A stretch of 64,000 nucleotides of DNA from Leucoraja erinacea (Eukaryota), in assembly GCF_028641065.1 (NCBI RefSeq), contig NC_073392.1, positions 4,216,001-4,280,000 of the forward strand, written 5' to 3'. Positions 25,169-37,712 of the stretch are shown here, piece by piece. Below the pieces are notes generated by a model. It searched no databases and had not been told where the DNA came from. It saw only the letters and a list, made by a program, of their open reading frames with translations. Numbering within the stretch: position 1 is the stretch's first letter; every line of letters begins with the position of its first letter. The position numbers and the translations under genes are program-made.

Positions 25169-26375
25169 TTATGTCTGGTCTAGTTTATGAATCTGCATCA
25201 CCTAACTTGAATAGCCAAGAATCAAAGATTGAGGACCTCCTGGTTCATCCAAGGCTTCTGGCTGAGCAACACTCGGATGGTTTTGGTGGGAAAAAACTCC
25301 TCCACATATTTCCTTATGAAGTCAGTAACAACTGTGGTGTTCAGGTCCTTTATCAAGTCCTTGAACCTTGCCCAGTCTACCAACCCTGAGCAATCCCAGA
25401 GTCATTCCTCTGTCTCTGTTGACCAGCTCTGTGCAGTCCTCACCGCTGGAGTATCTCATCCTGCTGTCTACATTTTAGTAACGATGCTGGACTGAAACAG
25501 CTACTGATGTTTTAAGGCTATTGAAACCAAACATTGAGTTTGGGACATCATGATTCTGTATCATTGTAACCACACAGCAGACGACAATCAGAAATGCTTA
25601 TCTTAATTGGCCCTCGTTGAAAGGATGAGATCAAGAACGGCATGAATTGACCAGGAGAGGAGAAACAAATTCTCCAAAATACCTGCATGTACCTCCACAG
25701 TCACAGCACACTGCCAACTTCCTCTCAGCCATTTTACACAATGACTCCAGGTCAAGACTTGCTTCACATAGTTTAACCAGAAATTGCTGCACTTAAGTTA
25801 AAATGAAGCCTGAACTAAAATGTTACATAACTTCACACACAAGGTGGCACATTTGAAACTGTTGGAATCTCTCAATCGAATGTCCATTGCAGAACAAAAC
25901 CACTGATTGTTCATTTTCAGTGATAACTCTGTAACGTAGATGGTCGTGCACCAACAGAGAACAATATTTCATTAAAAAAAATGTTCCACATTTAACATTG
26001 ATTTAACTCTTTACAAACCTTCTGCTCAAGACAATATTTATCATTCGGCTGACAGGATTTACTATGTTGGTTATTATGTATAACTATCAGAACACAATGT
26101 ATAGATGAGACTTCATTTATATTTTACTATTATTATTGAATCAAAAATCATACATTTTTATATTGTTTATGAAGCTCGGAATACTGTTTGCAGCGAGCCT
26201 CGGTTTATCTGGAATAGACTGTAGACATTACATGAACAAGAGCTAATGAAGGCTATGTTTCGGAGACTATAGTAAAATCCTGATCTGAGAAAGAGGCCAT
26301 GTCTCCGTCAGCTGCTTAAAACAATCGTGTAATAATTCCACAACCCACAGCCATGCAAAGACTTTTAAAAAGTAC

Positions 26376-26444
26376 CTCCACGTAGACATTATCATTCCTG
26401 GCAAAGTCGTCCTTCTTTCGCGGAAGAATATGAATATGCACATG
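26376..26444 (-). CDS. FHIT: FHIT (bis(5'-adenosyl)-triphosphatase) internal coding exon carrying the histidine triad; equivalent of human exon 8
   Basis: Minus strand reads ctaat..ttttcccctcttttttttgtacag|CAT GTG CAT ATT CAT ATT CTT CCG CGA AAG AAG GAC GAC TTT GCC AGG AAT GAT AAT GTC TAC GTG GAG|gtactt. This gives a 69-nt phase 0/0 exon, [23 protein letters not shown], with the HxHxH motif. It matches 15/23 residues of human FHIT 94-116 as I recall them ([23 protein letters not shown]), with the same exon length. Confidence 0.93.
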
Positions 26445-26477
26445 CTGTACAAAAAAAAGAGGGGAAAAAGTCATTAG
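26445..26477 (-). promoter_or_regulatory. 3' splice site of the FHIT exon (branch-point-like CTAAT, polypyrimidine tract, CAG)
   Basis: Minus-strand ctaat (26473-26477) lies about 30 nt upstream of the AG, followed by ttttcccctcttttttttgtacag. Confidence 0.85.
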
Positions 26478-27071
26478 AGGGATACAATATCATTTCTGAG
26501 ACTATTTCACAGAGTGAAGATAGGAGTTAACAGGTACATTTTTCTAAGCGCTTGTGTTAGAGAGGAAAGCAAATTTGCTTTTGGAGATTGAATTTTCACT
26601 TTTAAATATTTTTGATATTCATCATAAAATAACTACTGCTGAAAAGGTAGCCCTAGACGGTAAAAAAGTAGGTTTTATTTAAAAAAATCTATTGAAGTCT
26701 GCAGGAATTTACAGACAATTGCTTGAATTCATTTTCCATAAGAATTTGTACGATCGGTTTTATATCCCAGATGACAAGATTACCAAGCCTGGCTGATTTC
26801 TTGCAAGTAAAAAAGGACATCTACTGTGACAATAGTTGAAGGGCAGGATTGTGTTTTCAAGTCATATCTTCTGATGAAAAAAACCCTTGTAGAACGAGGA
26901 GTATGATTTTGAAGAAAATCTAACACTAATGGAACAAAGTAATACAAGTACACGCAATCCTTAATCTTATATGCAGATGCGTAGTTTTGTATCAGTAATG
27001 TATGACTAAAAACAATGAAAGATGTGTAATATTATGTGGAGCAAAATTCAAACAAAAATAGTCAAATTTAA

Positions 27072-27330
27072 TTGTGTTGGAAGGAATTTCAGATGCTGGT
27101 TTAAACCGACAATAAGACACAAAGAGCTGGAGTTTCAGCGGGTCAGACAGCATCTGTGGAGAAAAGGAATAGGTGACGTTTCGGGTCAAGACCCGACTGA
27201 GAGTAAGGGGAAAGGGAAACAAGAAACATATTCGGTGATGTAGAGAGATATGGAACCAATGAAAGAAAGATATGCAAAAAAAAATTACGATCATGAAGGA
27301 AACAGGCTACTGTTAGCTGTGTGCTAGGTG
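27072..27330 (-). mobile_element. PLE 3' UTR and pLTR remnant
   Basis: The pLTR arm is followed by a purine-rich gggaaacaagaaa..aaagatatgcaaaa..ggaaacagg block also seen at 51890-52075. Confidence 0.75.
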
Positions 27331-27453
27331 GATCTAGTATTGGGAAAATTGGGAAGGGCAAGTTAATGAAGTGTGTGTGGAGGAGCCTTTTGAGACAATT
27401 GACCACAGTTTGATTATGTTTAAAATAATTATGGAAAGGGATCACGTGTTAAA

Positions 27454-29628
27454 ATGCCCAACTGGGGTAAGGTCAACTTTGAGGGTATGAGAGAAGGTCT
27501 CGCTCAAGTTGACTGGAGCAGGTTATTTGATGGAAAAGGAACATCGGCCAAGTGGGATGTTTTTAAAAGTGTACTGAAGAGAGCTCAGGATATGTGCGTC
27601 CCCGTTGGTGTGAAGGGCAAAGCGGGCAAACGTAAGCAAGCTTGGCTGACGAGGGAAATTGAGATGTAGTCAGAAACAAGGATGCATGGGACAGGTATAG
27701 GCAGCTGGGATCAAGTGCATCCCTGGAGGAGTTTCGGGAACTAAGGAGCAAACTAAAAAAGGAGATCAAAGGGCAAAAAGGGATCAGGAGATAGCTCTGG
27801 CAGGTAGCATAAAAGACAATCCCAAAAGATTATATCAATACATTAGAGAGAAAAGGGTAACTAGAGAGAGTGGAACCTCTCAGGAATAATAGCAGTCACC
27901 TCTGAGTGGAGCCACAGTAGATGGGCAAGGTCCTCAATGAGTATTTCTCCTCTGTATTTACCGAGGAGAAAGGCAGTAGGACGGAGGAAATTGGAGCAGT
28001 CACTGGAAGTGTCATGTGAGCAGTCAGGGTTACCGTCGAGGAAGTACTGAAGATACTGTCATGTTTGAAGGTCGACAAATCTCCGTGGCCTGATCAGATA
28101 TATCTGAGGACATTGCGGGAAACTACAGAGGAAATTGCGGGAGCCCTGGTTGAAATTTATGAGTCGTCCTTAAATACAGGAGAGGTGCCTGAAGACTGGG
28201 GGGTGGCAAATGTTGTGCCTCTTTTCAAGAAGGGCTGCAGGAAAAATGCTGGGAACTATAGGCCGGTGAGCTTAACATCTGTATTTGGTAAGTTACTGGA
28301 GCAGTCTGAGGGATAGGATACACAGGCATTTGGATGGGCAAGGGCTGATTAGGGACAGTCAGCATGGTTTTGTACGTGGGAGGTCGTGTCTCACAGATCT
28401 GTGATTTTTTTGCAGACGTGACCAAAAAAGTTGATGACGGCAGAACTGTAGATGTTGTGTACATGGACTTCAGTAAGGCGTTCGACAAGGTGCCGCATGG
28501 TAGGCTGCTCTGGAAGGTTAGATCTCATGGGATCCAAGGAGAGATAGCTGAATGGATAGCAAATTGGCTCTATGGAAGGAAGCAGAGGGTGATGGTGGAA
28601 GGTTGCTTCTCTGAATGGAGGCCTGTGACTAGTGGTGTGCTACAGAGTTCGGTGCTGGGCCCGTTACTGTTTGTCATCTACATCAATGATTTGGATGAGA
28701 ACATACAGGGCAAGATTAGCAAGTTTGCAGATGATACAAAAGTTAGTGGTTTTGCAGATAGTGAAGATGGTTGTGAACGATTGCAGCAGGATCTGGATCG
28801 ATTGGCCAGGTGGGCGGAGGAATGGTTGATGGAATTTAATATAGGGAAGTGTGAGGTGTTGCATTTTGGGACGTCTAACAAGGGCAGGACCTACACATTG
28901 AAAGGTAGGCCTCTGGGGAGTGTTGTAGAGCAGAGGGATCTAGGAGTACAGGTGAATGGTTCCTTGAAGTCGCAGGTGGATAAGGTGGTCAAAAAGGCTT
29001 TTGCCACCTTGGCCTTCATCAGTCAGAGTATTGAGTTTAGAAGCTGGGAGGTCATGTTGCAGTTGTATAAGACGTTGGTAAGACCGCATTTAGAGTATTG
29101 TGTTCAGTTCTAGGCACCATGTTATAGGAAAGATATTGTCAAGCTTGAAAGGGTTCAGATAAGATTTACGAGGATGTTGCCAGGCCTAGAGGGTGTGAGC
29201 TATAGGGAGAGGTTGAGTGGGCTGGGTCTCTATTCCATGGAGCGTGGGAGGATGAGGGGAGATCTTACAAAATCTTGAGAGGAATAGTTTGGGTAGATGT
29301 ACAGAGTCTTGTACCTAGAGTATGGAAGTCGAGGACCAAAGGACATAGGTTCAAGGGGAAGGGAAAAAGATTTAATGGGAATCTGAGGGGTAACTTTTTC
29401 ACACAGAGGTTGATGGGTGCATGGAACAAGCTGCCAGAGGAGGTAGTTGAGGCTGGGACAATCCTATTGTTTCAGAAACAGTTGGACAGGTGCATGGATG
29501 GGACAAGTTTGGAGGGTTATGGACCAAGCGCAGGCAAGTGGGACCAGAGTAGATGGGACATTGTTGGCCGGAGTGGGCGAGTTGGGTCGAAGGGCCTGTT
29601 TCCACATTGTATCACTCTATGACTCTAT
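27454..29628 (+). mobile_element. 5'-truncated CR1 (HER1-like) LINE, disrupted ORF2 with RT domain
   Basis: Frames carry KSPWPD, NYRPVSLTS, DFSKAFDKVPH, SVLGPLLF, KFADDTK and [10 protein letters not shown], with stops and frameshifts. The tail is (ctctatga)n. Confidence 0.95.
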
Positions 29629-30214
29629 GAGAACGAATACAGACATTTAGACTCAGCTGGAGCGACTTGGGTGGGGGACGGATGCAGAGAGTGGGGGGGG
29701 GGGGGGGGGATGTAAAGATTTTTCCATTTAAACAGGTGAAGGTAGGGACCAAAGTTTGATCTAGTGGTTCCTGTGCTCACTTCAAATAAACCAGCATAAA
29801 GCCAGGGTCAGTCGGATTAAGGGTAAAAAAAATGTCAAATTGCAACCCAGCCTGAATTCTGTAGCTTTATATTTCTGGTTGTCTATCTTTTTTAAATTTT
29901 TGCAATAAATGTTCACCTCAAATATTTGTGATAAACATATTAATTGGTTTATGCAACACAAAGATAATTGAGTGGCATAAGCTAAATGTAATGTCTTCAC
30001 AATATTGGAATAACAAAATAAAACAGAAAATGTCGGTAATGCACAAGCGAATAAGCAACATCCATGGAGAGAGAAGCATGGTTAATATTCAGACCAATGA
30101 CTTTTCACATGAACACCTGAATCATTAGTCGCGATGAATAATCATTAACCTGTGAGGTTCTCAGAGGCTACCCAGTCTACGCATCATTTTCAGTCATTCT
30201 TGTTTTTACCCTTA

Positions 30215-30600
30215 AAGGACCTGTCACACTTAGGCGATGTTTTAGGCGACTGGGCTGTTGCCACATGGTCGGCGGGGTGTCGCTTGTATGGTCGTGAGTC
30301 GTCTCCTCAGTCGGCCAAAAAGTCGTAGCGCCTTTCTGGTCGCCATTGGACTTTCAACATGTTGAAAATTTTTCGGAGACAGTCGGCGACAGTGGGTTTA
30401 ATGCCACTGTTAAAGTCTTCGGCAATACGTTCCTTTTTGTATTTCCATTGCCGAAGTCTACAAAGGCTAGACTTCTCAATAGAGCAATAGATGTCGACTG
30501 GGCACGGGGTCATGATTATTCAGCCATCTACATAGGATAGACTAGCAGACAAGCATTCTCGTGTAAGGCGGCCATGGATTGCAATAAACTGGCCCACCTT
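30215..30600. mobile_element. MITE of the AAGGGCCTGTCCCAC-TIR group (right end garbled)
   Basis: ta|aaggacctgtcacacttaggcga at the left end, with a CpG-rich interior sharing catgttgaaaattttt-like motifs with other members. Confidence 0.6.
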
Positions 30601-32559
30601 CCTATCACGATATCATACAAGAAGAATCTTCAAACTGTTGCGATGATAGGTCAGGAATAGCAGTATCATATATACTGTGCTTTATGGGCACAGTATGTTT
30701 TTGTTAATGATTTATTTGAGTATGGGGTGTCGAGAGAAAATGTTGGTCACAGGGAGCAGAATCTAATAGCTACAATAACAGAAGGCGCCTTCGTGGCCGG
30801 CACAATGTTCTGTGCTGCTGAACTATGATGCTCAAGACCATAGCTGTCTTATCTATATGTCCTGCAACGCTGATCCAACATTATTCTCTACGCATACACT
30901 GCACATTGCCATCTGTCCTATCCTCTAAAAATCATCTTAAAAGCCCACTGATCCCGATATCATGGTGTCGACCACGCATCTTGGCCGGCCTCCTGCCCGA
31001 GGGTCATGAGGCACGGGTTCCAGGCTTATCTAGCCATCACCTCTCTGTGTGAAAACTTAGGTATGGCATCTCAACAGATTCTGCATTTCGATCTTTGGCC
31101 GCCCTCTTCACCCCATAAACAGCTGTACACATCACTGCTGAGTTTTTGTTTCTTTCCCATCGGCTGAGGGGCCGAATATAGAAACTACTATCAGGCTGTT
31201 ATCGTCAGTATACACTTGTTGACATGATCGTACACTTAGATTAAACTAAGACCAAAGATTCTCTGACTTGTCATATGCATTCGCAGATATAATTTTATAT
31301 AGTTCTCAACATGTCTTCGCCTAGCCCTGGGCAACTCTCGGGCTATTCAAAAATGAAAATTTGCCAAGTGTCCATAGCGCTTAAGACTGCGTCGCTGTGG
31401 ATCCTTAATTTTCTTGTGCCAATCTAGGTGCTTCTTCTATTAGTATACATCTAATCTGACCTGTTTTTTAATATTATGATTTCGAGCACTAAGCCTAACG
31501 ACCTGGAATTGGCATTGATAATTTGGCATCCGCTCAGACTACTGACAGCACATCCAATCGCTCTAGAATGGCTCATTCCTGCGTTCTGATAGAGCCTATA
31601 AGTGCACGCGGATAGCACCATTTACTGACTTCTTCGGCTATAGTCTGTTAGTCATACACGGTCACTTTTTAGATGAGCTGAGTATGCTTACGCCATGCTG
31701 CTTTGGGCAAGAGCGACGCTATGATTTCTCTGAGGGTCGAGCTCTGTATAACATGGATATCCAACGTTGTAGTACTAATTGGCAGGACCCGAGACTGTAT
31801 CCAAATGTCAATGCTCTAGCAATGAACTATATCAATTCAGCAAAGCTGTCTGCCCTAGCTTCTCCCTTTGTAACACCAGCCTTGAGCAACCTGCAGGCTC
31901 GTCTGGGATTCCTCCGGAATTAGATTTCTTCCAAGTTGCATTGCATTCGCCCAGAGTGACATATCGTACGCTTGTGTGGCCCTGAGTGACTGATGCATTG
32001 TTGCTGAGGAAGGTGTTGGCTTCTGAAGTCTGGTTTCACGCCGGTGAGACGGGCTTTTGGGATACAGGGAGCAAGCAGTATGGGAGATAGGTAGAGGCGT
32101 TAAATTCACTTTAGCTGCAACACAGTTACAGCGTGTTATCCACTCTCCTGGGCCCTCGGGCTTGCGTGGCCTTTATCAACGCATTTGTGTTGAATTCGTG
32201 TTCAAGCGACACGGTTCAGAAATTAATGTCAAACAGAACAGTAAATAGGACCTGGAGCAGGCAGACACACCGTCCGGGGGGGGGGGGGGGGGGGGGGGGT
32301 TTTGCGAACACCACTGCTGGAGGCATGGCTTGTCCAAATGTTTGTAGTTATTATGGCTCTTGTGGCTGTTTTGTGTGTCTTATAAGTCTGAGGGTCAGCA
32401 AGGGGCGGAGATTGGAACCTCTTTGCTGTATCTTGGAGTCAGGGGTAAGTCAACTAGCGGGTGGAATCAAACAGAGAATCATAGGAGTTCGCGATGAGTG
32501 GCCTTTTTCCCCTCGAGCGGCCCAGTCATTTACTAATCACATTGTGTCAAGACGGAACT

Positions 32560-33650
32560 GTCAGATGCTAGGTAATATCGAGGTAGGACAAAATATGCTG
32601 GCGGAACTATCAGTGACGTGCTGCAGGCAGGGCATTCTATGGGCGAAGCAAATAGGCTAAGTTTCAGATCGAAACTCTTATCATTCAGAGCTGATGGCTA
32701 GGGATGGGTCAGGAGGGCGGTGGGAATGAGATGAAAGTGAGGAGGAAAACGCTTAGAGAGGCTGAGAAGGAAGAGACACGCAGATGGGCTACGGAAACTT
32801 GGTAGTCATGTTCCGGGCCTTCGCTGGGGTGCAGACTAGCCTCAAGCAGAATATGAGGGTGGCTGGCCTCCTCATTCGCGGTGGTGATTCACTGTTCTGC
32901 TACTGGGAGGGAGCCGGCAGGACCACGTAGAGGGTCGCGATTGGGCGGAGTTGGATCGGGCGTTGAAGTGCTGAGCCACAGGGAGACCAGGTTGGTTAAT
33001 GGTCGACTGAGCGGCAAAAGGTGTTCGGGTGAAAAAGCGATCGCGCTAAGCGCGTACGTCGATGGTCTGTGTCACTTCCAGATGTATATGGCAGCGTATA
33101 CATGTAGAGGGCCAGCGGAGGCTTCTAAATTTAAGTGAGATTTGGAGAGGTGCAAGGTGACCTGCTGTCGCACCTGGACTGCGACTGGCATTGGGCTCTG
33201 CTGTGATGTAGCCGTCCGCGCGTAGAGTATGCTAATTTTGTCTTACGCTAATCATGGTCATTTCTGAGTCTCCTTCTCAAACATGAGGTTCAGGTGGAAG
33301 TGATGCATGGAGCAATGAGGCGCATTGCATCTCCTTCTTCATTTAGTCATGCGGTCACACTCGGGGCGATGACCAAGTTGGGTGCTTTGGACCAAATAAC
33401 AGAAGTGGACAGATTAATTGAACGGCTAAACAGGTAAAGGTTGTCAATAGATTTGGGCCGGTTCTTGCTGGAATGGGTGGCTGTAGTCGTCCAGGGATGT
33501 TGACCAGAGGATTAGTGCGGCACGGCGCCTATGCAATGTCAGTGTGAGGATGACCATCTAGCAAACAGTTGGGGGGGTGGAGGGGGGTTCTGGGAGTCAG
33601 AGTAAGGGAAGAGTGCAAGAGGATAATAGATACTGTGAACTAATAAGATG
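32560..33650 (-). mobile_element. Garbled PLE 3' portion (endonuclease end and pLTR)
   Basis: A noisy pLTR arm at about 32560-32690 is followed by a noisy reverse complement of the HLIFxLGSLHPSGM-type coding end (ctggggtgcagact..aatatgagg). Confidence 0.5.
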
Positions 33651-36600
33651 TCAGGTCTCAGGTGGGCTGTTCATTTAAGTTCATGTGATAGGACTGAATT
33701 AGGCTCATTTCGTGGTGTGCCTCATCCATCAAGTCTTTCGCTCTCGGGGCCATTACAATCATTGGCTGCATTACTAGGGGGCATTCCGCGTCACTCTAAA
33801 TCCCATTCTCCTTGCCTTCTCCCCAGTACGCCTGACCTCCTTACTACATCAAAATCTAGTCATCTCGCATCTCGGACTAAAACATATATCCACTTCGACT
33901 TGGCTCCCTGAGCCTACTGTGGGCTAAAGATTCCACATTATTTGACCCTTCGAAGTTATCTCACCTCACGCTATTTCTGCTAAAGATAATTCGATCTAAA
34001 AGAAATGATCAAGAAATTAATTCAATGGCTTCGATAACCTTGAGTCTAATAAGTTCTGGGGTCCTTGAAACCGAACTTCGAATCTCGGACTTTCTTGGGG
34101 CACCTTGTAACCGAGAGCCTTTTAGCAATGCTGATGAAATCAATATTGCATAACATTATATTTAATTTAATAGGCTTAGCGTTGCTTCTGATTTTCTCCT
34201 CTTTTTGTCAACTGGCATTTCTACACACCACCAAGTTCAAGTACCTGACTAAGATGGGGCTTCATACGTTAGATTAACTGTATATAGTGTCTCGCCAGCG
34301 GTAATTCAGTTACATTCAATCTGCATCTGTGCTCACTTTCCACCGAGTTTAATAGGCTGGGTAATATTTTAAGAAGCCACTGAGCTATGCAATAAATGAA
34401 AGTTAGCTTGTTGCATGAGACATTTATATGCCGCGCCGAAATAACCTGTGGATTCAGGTTGCATTTACATAGGCAGAATCATACACATTATCATACTCCG
34501 TTGATTATCTGTCATCATCAGTTCGATCAGCTGCCGGCGCACAGTTGGTTGGCATCAAGAGTTTAATGCATGTTGTATAATATGCTTTAATAAGCATTTT
34601 TAAAATGCTGTGCCCGTTTGAGGGCTACTAAAGCATCATGCCAATGGGGGCAAGGCATGGCGCGCGTATGTTTGCTGCAACATACGGCCATTCACAATAG
34701 AGTGTAGCTTGTGGCCTGCTGGTTCGAATCAGCTGATAACCCCCAAGCAAGTCTCAGTCTTGTCTGAGACTGCAGGTTACGTACCAGAGACATATGTGCG
34801 TATTTTGGGGCGCGCGGTAGAGCTTGGCTGACCTATAACTGACTGCCTTTACTACGATGGCCGGAGACGGTCAACGGGCTTCAATCGGCTGACTCCAGGC
34901 GGCTGTCTGGACGGGAGTTGTATGGGTTTTACGTTCTCCCCTTGCGACCTGTTCGCCTCCGTGGGTTTCGGTTTCTCTCGCCACAGCATCCAAAGACGGA
35001 TCATGTTTGCATGTTTTTGGCTTTGTGGATCAAATGTAACGTTCATTGTCCCATTAAATGTAGTATGTTAATAGTGCTCAACGTGTCTGGTTGGTAGCGG
35101 AGTGCGATGGCTAAACTCTCTTTCTCTAACACTAAACCTGAACTTAAAACCGTCTACCAAACCGTTTGCCGATACTCTCCACATGTAACATTCACAGAGA
35201 ATGCATTCATCGAATGAGCAGGCAGAGTAGAAATATTGGGCTTCTGACATCATGTTCTGTGTGATGGCTCCTATTGGGCAGTATAGTGGGGTGAGGAGTT
35301 CGCAAGGTCATTGTGGGGTTCTAGATACAGTTCTATGTAGGGGGGTGCTCGTTCTCATGATCATTATGTATTTTAATAAAAGGCGTTGCCAAATCAGGCT
35401 TGAGAGATAGTTATGTTTTCGGATTGAACAATCCACCAGGACTATAGTATCTGAGCGGCCTTGTTCACCAGGTTAATTTGCCCTTAGGATGGCCGGTACT
35501 CGCATTATATTGATAGTATGGAGGCTCTCGGAATGTGAAATGGGGGGGGGGATAGAGGTAATCATTACTTGACATATAGATATATAGAGGTTTTGGACAC
35601 TGGCCAGTAGGCAGTTTAAATATTGTTCCCGATGTTGGGTCTGTTCTAGACGCAGGGCCACAGTTTCAGAATACTAGGGGTAAGAGCGCATTTAGAACTG
35701 CTAGTATTCGGAATTTCTCCACACAGAGAGTCTGTGAGTGTGTGGTAATCTGCCGTCTGCCTCAGAGGGCGGTGCGAGGCCTGGTTCCTCGGTAACCTCT
35801 ACTCTCTCAACGAGAGAGTTTGATATCACAGAGCTCTTATAAGTATAGCAGTAGTCTGGGATATGGGACGAGAAGGTCAATGAATGGTAGTACTAGATTG
35901 TGGATGATCGGGATCATTATCACATATTGATGGCGGATCCGTAGCTTTATGATCAAGCCAGGGGCCGAGCATACGAAGGGCGGGCAAACAAAAAGATATG
36001 CCTACTCTGGCAGCCCTATCTGTCTATTGACTGTTCCTATGGCACAGTGATGCATCTGATGGCAGGAATGCTTGTTTTACTTAACACAGTACATCACACT
36101 CTTGAACTGTATTTGGTATGAAAAAAAAAAAAAAAAAACAAAGAAGCTCTATTTTTAGTTAGGGCCCTGGAGGCTGATCTGTCCAAAGAGATGGTCGTCG
36201 AGAAATGTTTAAACAAACCTGATCCATGTGATGCTCTTATAGTCATAGTCGTACAGCACAGGAAACAGGCCTCTTTCGGAATGCAACTCTGTCGCATGGT
36301 CAACTCAAGTATGCAGCCCTCTATGCCTATGCCTCGAGCGACCTGCGGTATTTTTGGGCCGGCTATAGCATCTAACCTCTTTCTATCCATGTACGCTGTG
36401 CGCTCGATATACATCTTTAAATCTTGTTTATACGTAATTGCTGCAAAACTCATTCTTCCGAGCACAACTATCTCCTGGGAGGATTTTTCATTGGCTTGAG
36501 GTCAGAGAGTTTCCTATATTCCCTTAACAGTCTTTGCCGTTCCTGGCATCGCCATCGCCTTTATTTCTCCTGGGACACAAAAATGATGTTGGTAGGAAGA

Positions 36601-37152
36601 TGAAGAAAAGCAAAGAGCAAAAAGGAATGATGTTCTGTTCAGCCATGCCCCAGATGCTGGGGCCATCACGTTTTGGATAGCCCTTTGGACCTAACAATAA
36701 AGTTCATACTCGACTCAAACTCGAAGCATGCTCTTCACCTGGTCCTAAGAGCTCCTATGAGGTCACTGGAGCTCTCCGTCATGCTCGAGGGAAGTTCCCG
36801 CATACTCGCGGCCTCAATTTGGTCAAGGAAGATTTTTCAGCATGTTGGAACATTTTCGCGCCAAGTAAAATTTGTGGTCGGCATGGTTCTTTTGAACGGT
36901 TCACGTAGTGGCAGTGGAGTGGGGGTCGCAATTTTTAGTTACAGGCAGTTCGAGGAAGAGGGGGCAGCCGAGGCAATCTCCTTCGGACCCGAGGCCTTTT
37001 TCATTGGGGCTCATTGGAGTAGGTCAGGAAAAAAACGGACCGGTAAAATGTAAAAGCCGACCGGTCAGAGTTATCCTCCAGGATGGCCACACGCTAAACG
37101 TTATTAAAACATTGTCTGGCTTCTTTAAAGCGGTGTTACACCCCCCCCCTTT

Positions 37153-37407
37153 NNNNNNNNNNNNNNNNNNNNNNNNNNNNNNNNNNNNNNNNNNNNNNNN
37201 NNNNNNNNNNNNNNNNNNNNNNNNNNNNNNNNNNNNNNNNNNNNNNNNNNNNNNNNNNNNNNNNNNNNNNNNNNNNNNNNNNNNNNNNNNNNNNNNNNNN
37301 NNNNNNNNNNNNNNNNNNNNNNNNNNNNNNNNNNNNNNNNNNNNNNNNNNNNNNNNNNNNNNNNNNNNNNNNNNNNNNNNNNNNNNNNNNNNNNNNNNNN
37401 NNNNNNN
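37153..37407. other. Assembly gap (255 N) flanked by poly-C tracts
   Basis: Directly visible. C-runs lie at about 37141-37149 and 37408-37564. Confidence 1.
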
Positions 37408-37461
37408 CCCCCCCCCCTCCCCCCTCCCCCCCCCCCCTCCCCCACACCTCCCCCCCCCCAC

Positions 37462-37492
<31 letters not shown>

Positions 37493-37661
37493 ACCCCCAC
37501 CCCCCCTTCACCCCCCCACTGTCCAGCGTCTTTTTTACCCCTCTCCGTTTCACCCCCCCCCCCCACCGACGAGGTCTGTGGAATTTCAGGACACTGTGCG
37601 CTTTACCTCTCACCGCGCTTCAATTCCAGTGGCACGCCGGCCATCCTTGGCCGCTTGGCGA

Positions 37662-37663
37662 TG

Positions 37664-37694
<31 letters not shown>

Positions 37695-37712
37695 TTGTGT
37701 GTGCGTGCGTGG
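37662..37712. repeat. (TG)n microsatellite
   Basis: tgtgtgtgtg.. with interruptions. Confidence 0.9.

Larger units (their letters stand above)
1..26375 (-). other. Probable FHIT intron downstream of the HIT exon (over 26 kb; next exon not found in window)
   Basis: I searched by eye for an LQKHD...SEEEM-like terminal exon and found none. The region is repeats and AT-rich non-coding DNA. Very large introns are established for vertebrate FHIT. Confidence 0.6.

Noticed and set aside
25490-25562. Possible FHIT last exon (IQNHD.. on the minus strand)
   Set aside because: There is no in-phase AG acceptor and no SEEEM-like motif.
26267-26452. ORF-track protein [14 protein letters not shown]..
   Set aside because: It is the wrong frame across the real FHIT exon.
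27454-29628. Active or domesticated reverse transcriptase
   Set aside because: It is 5'-truncated with several stops and frameshifts, so it is an ordinary dead CR1 copy.
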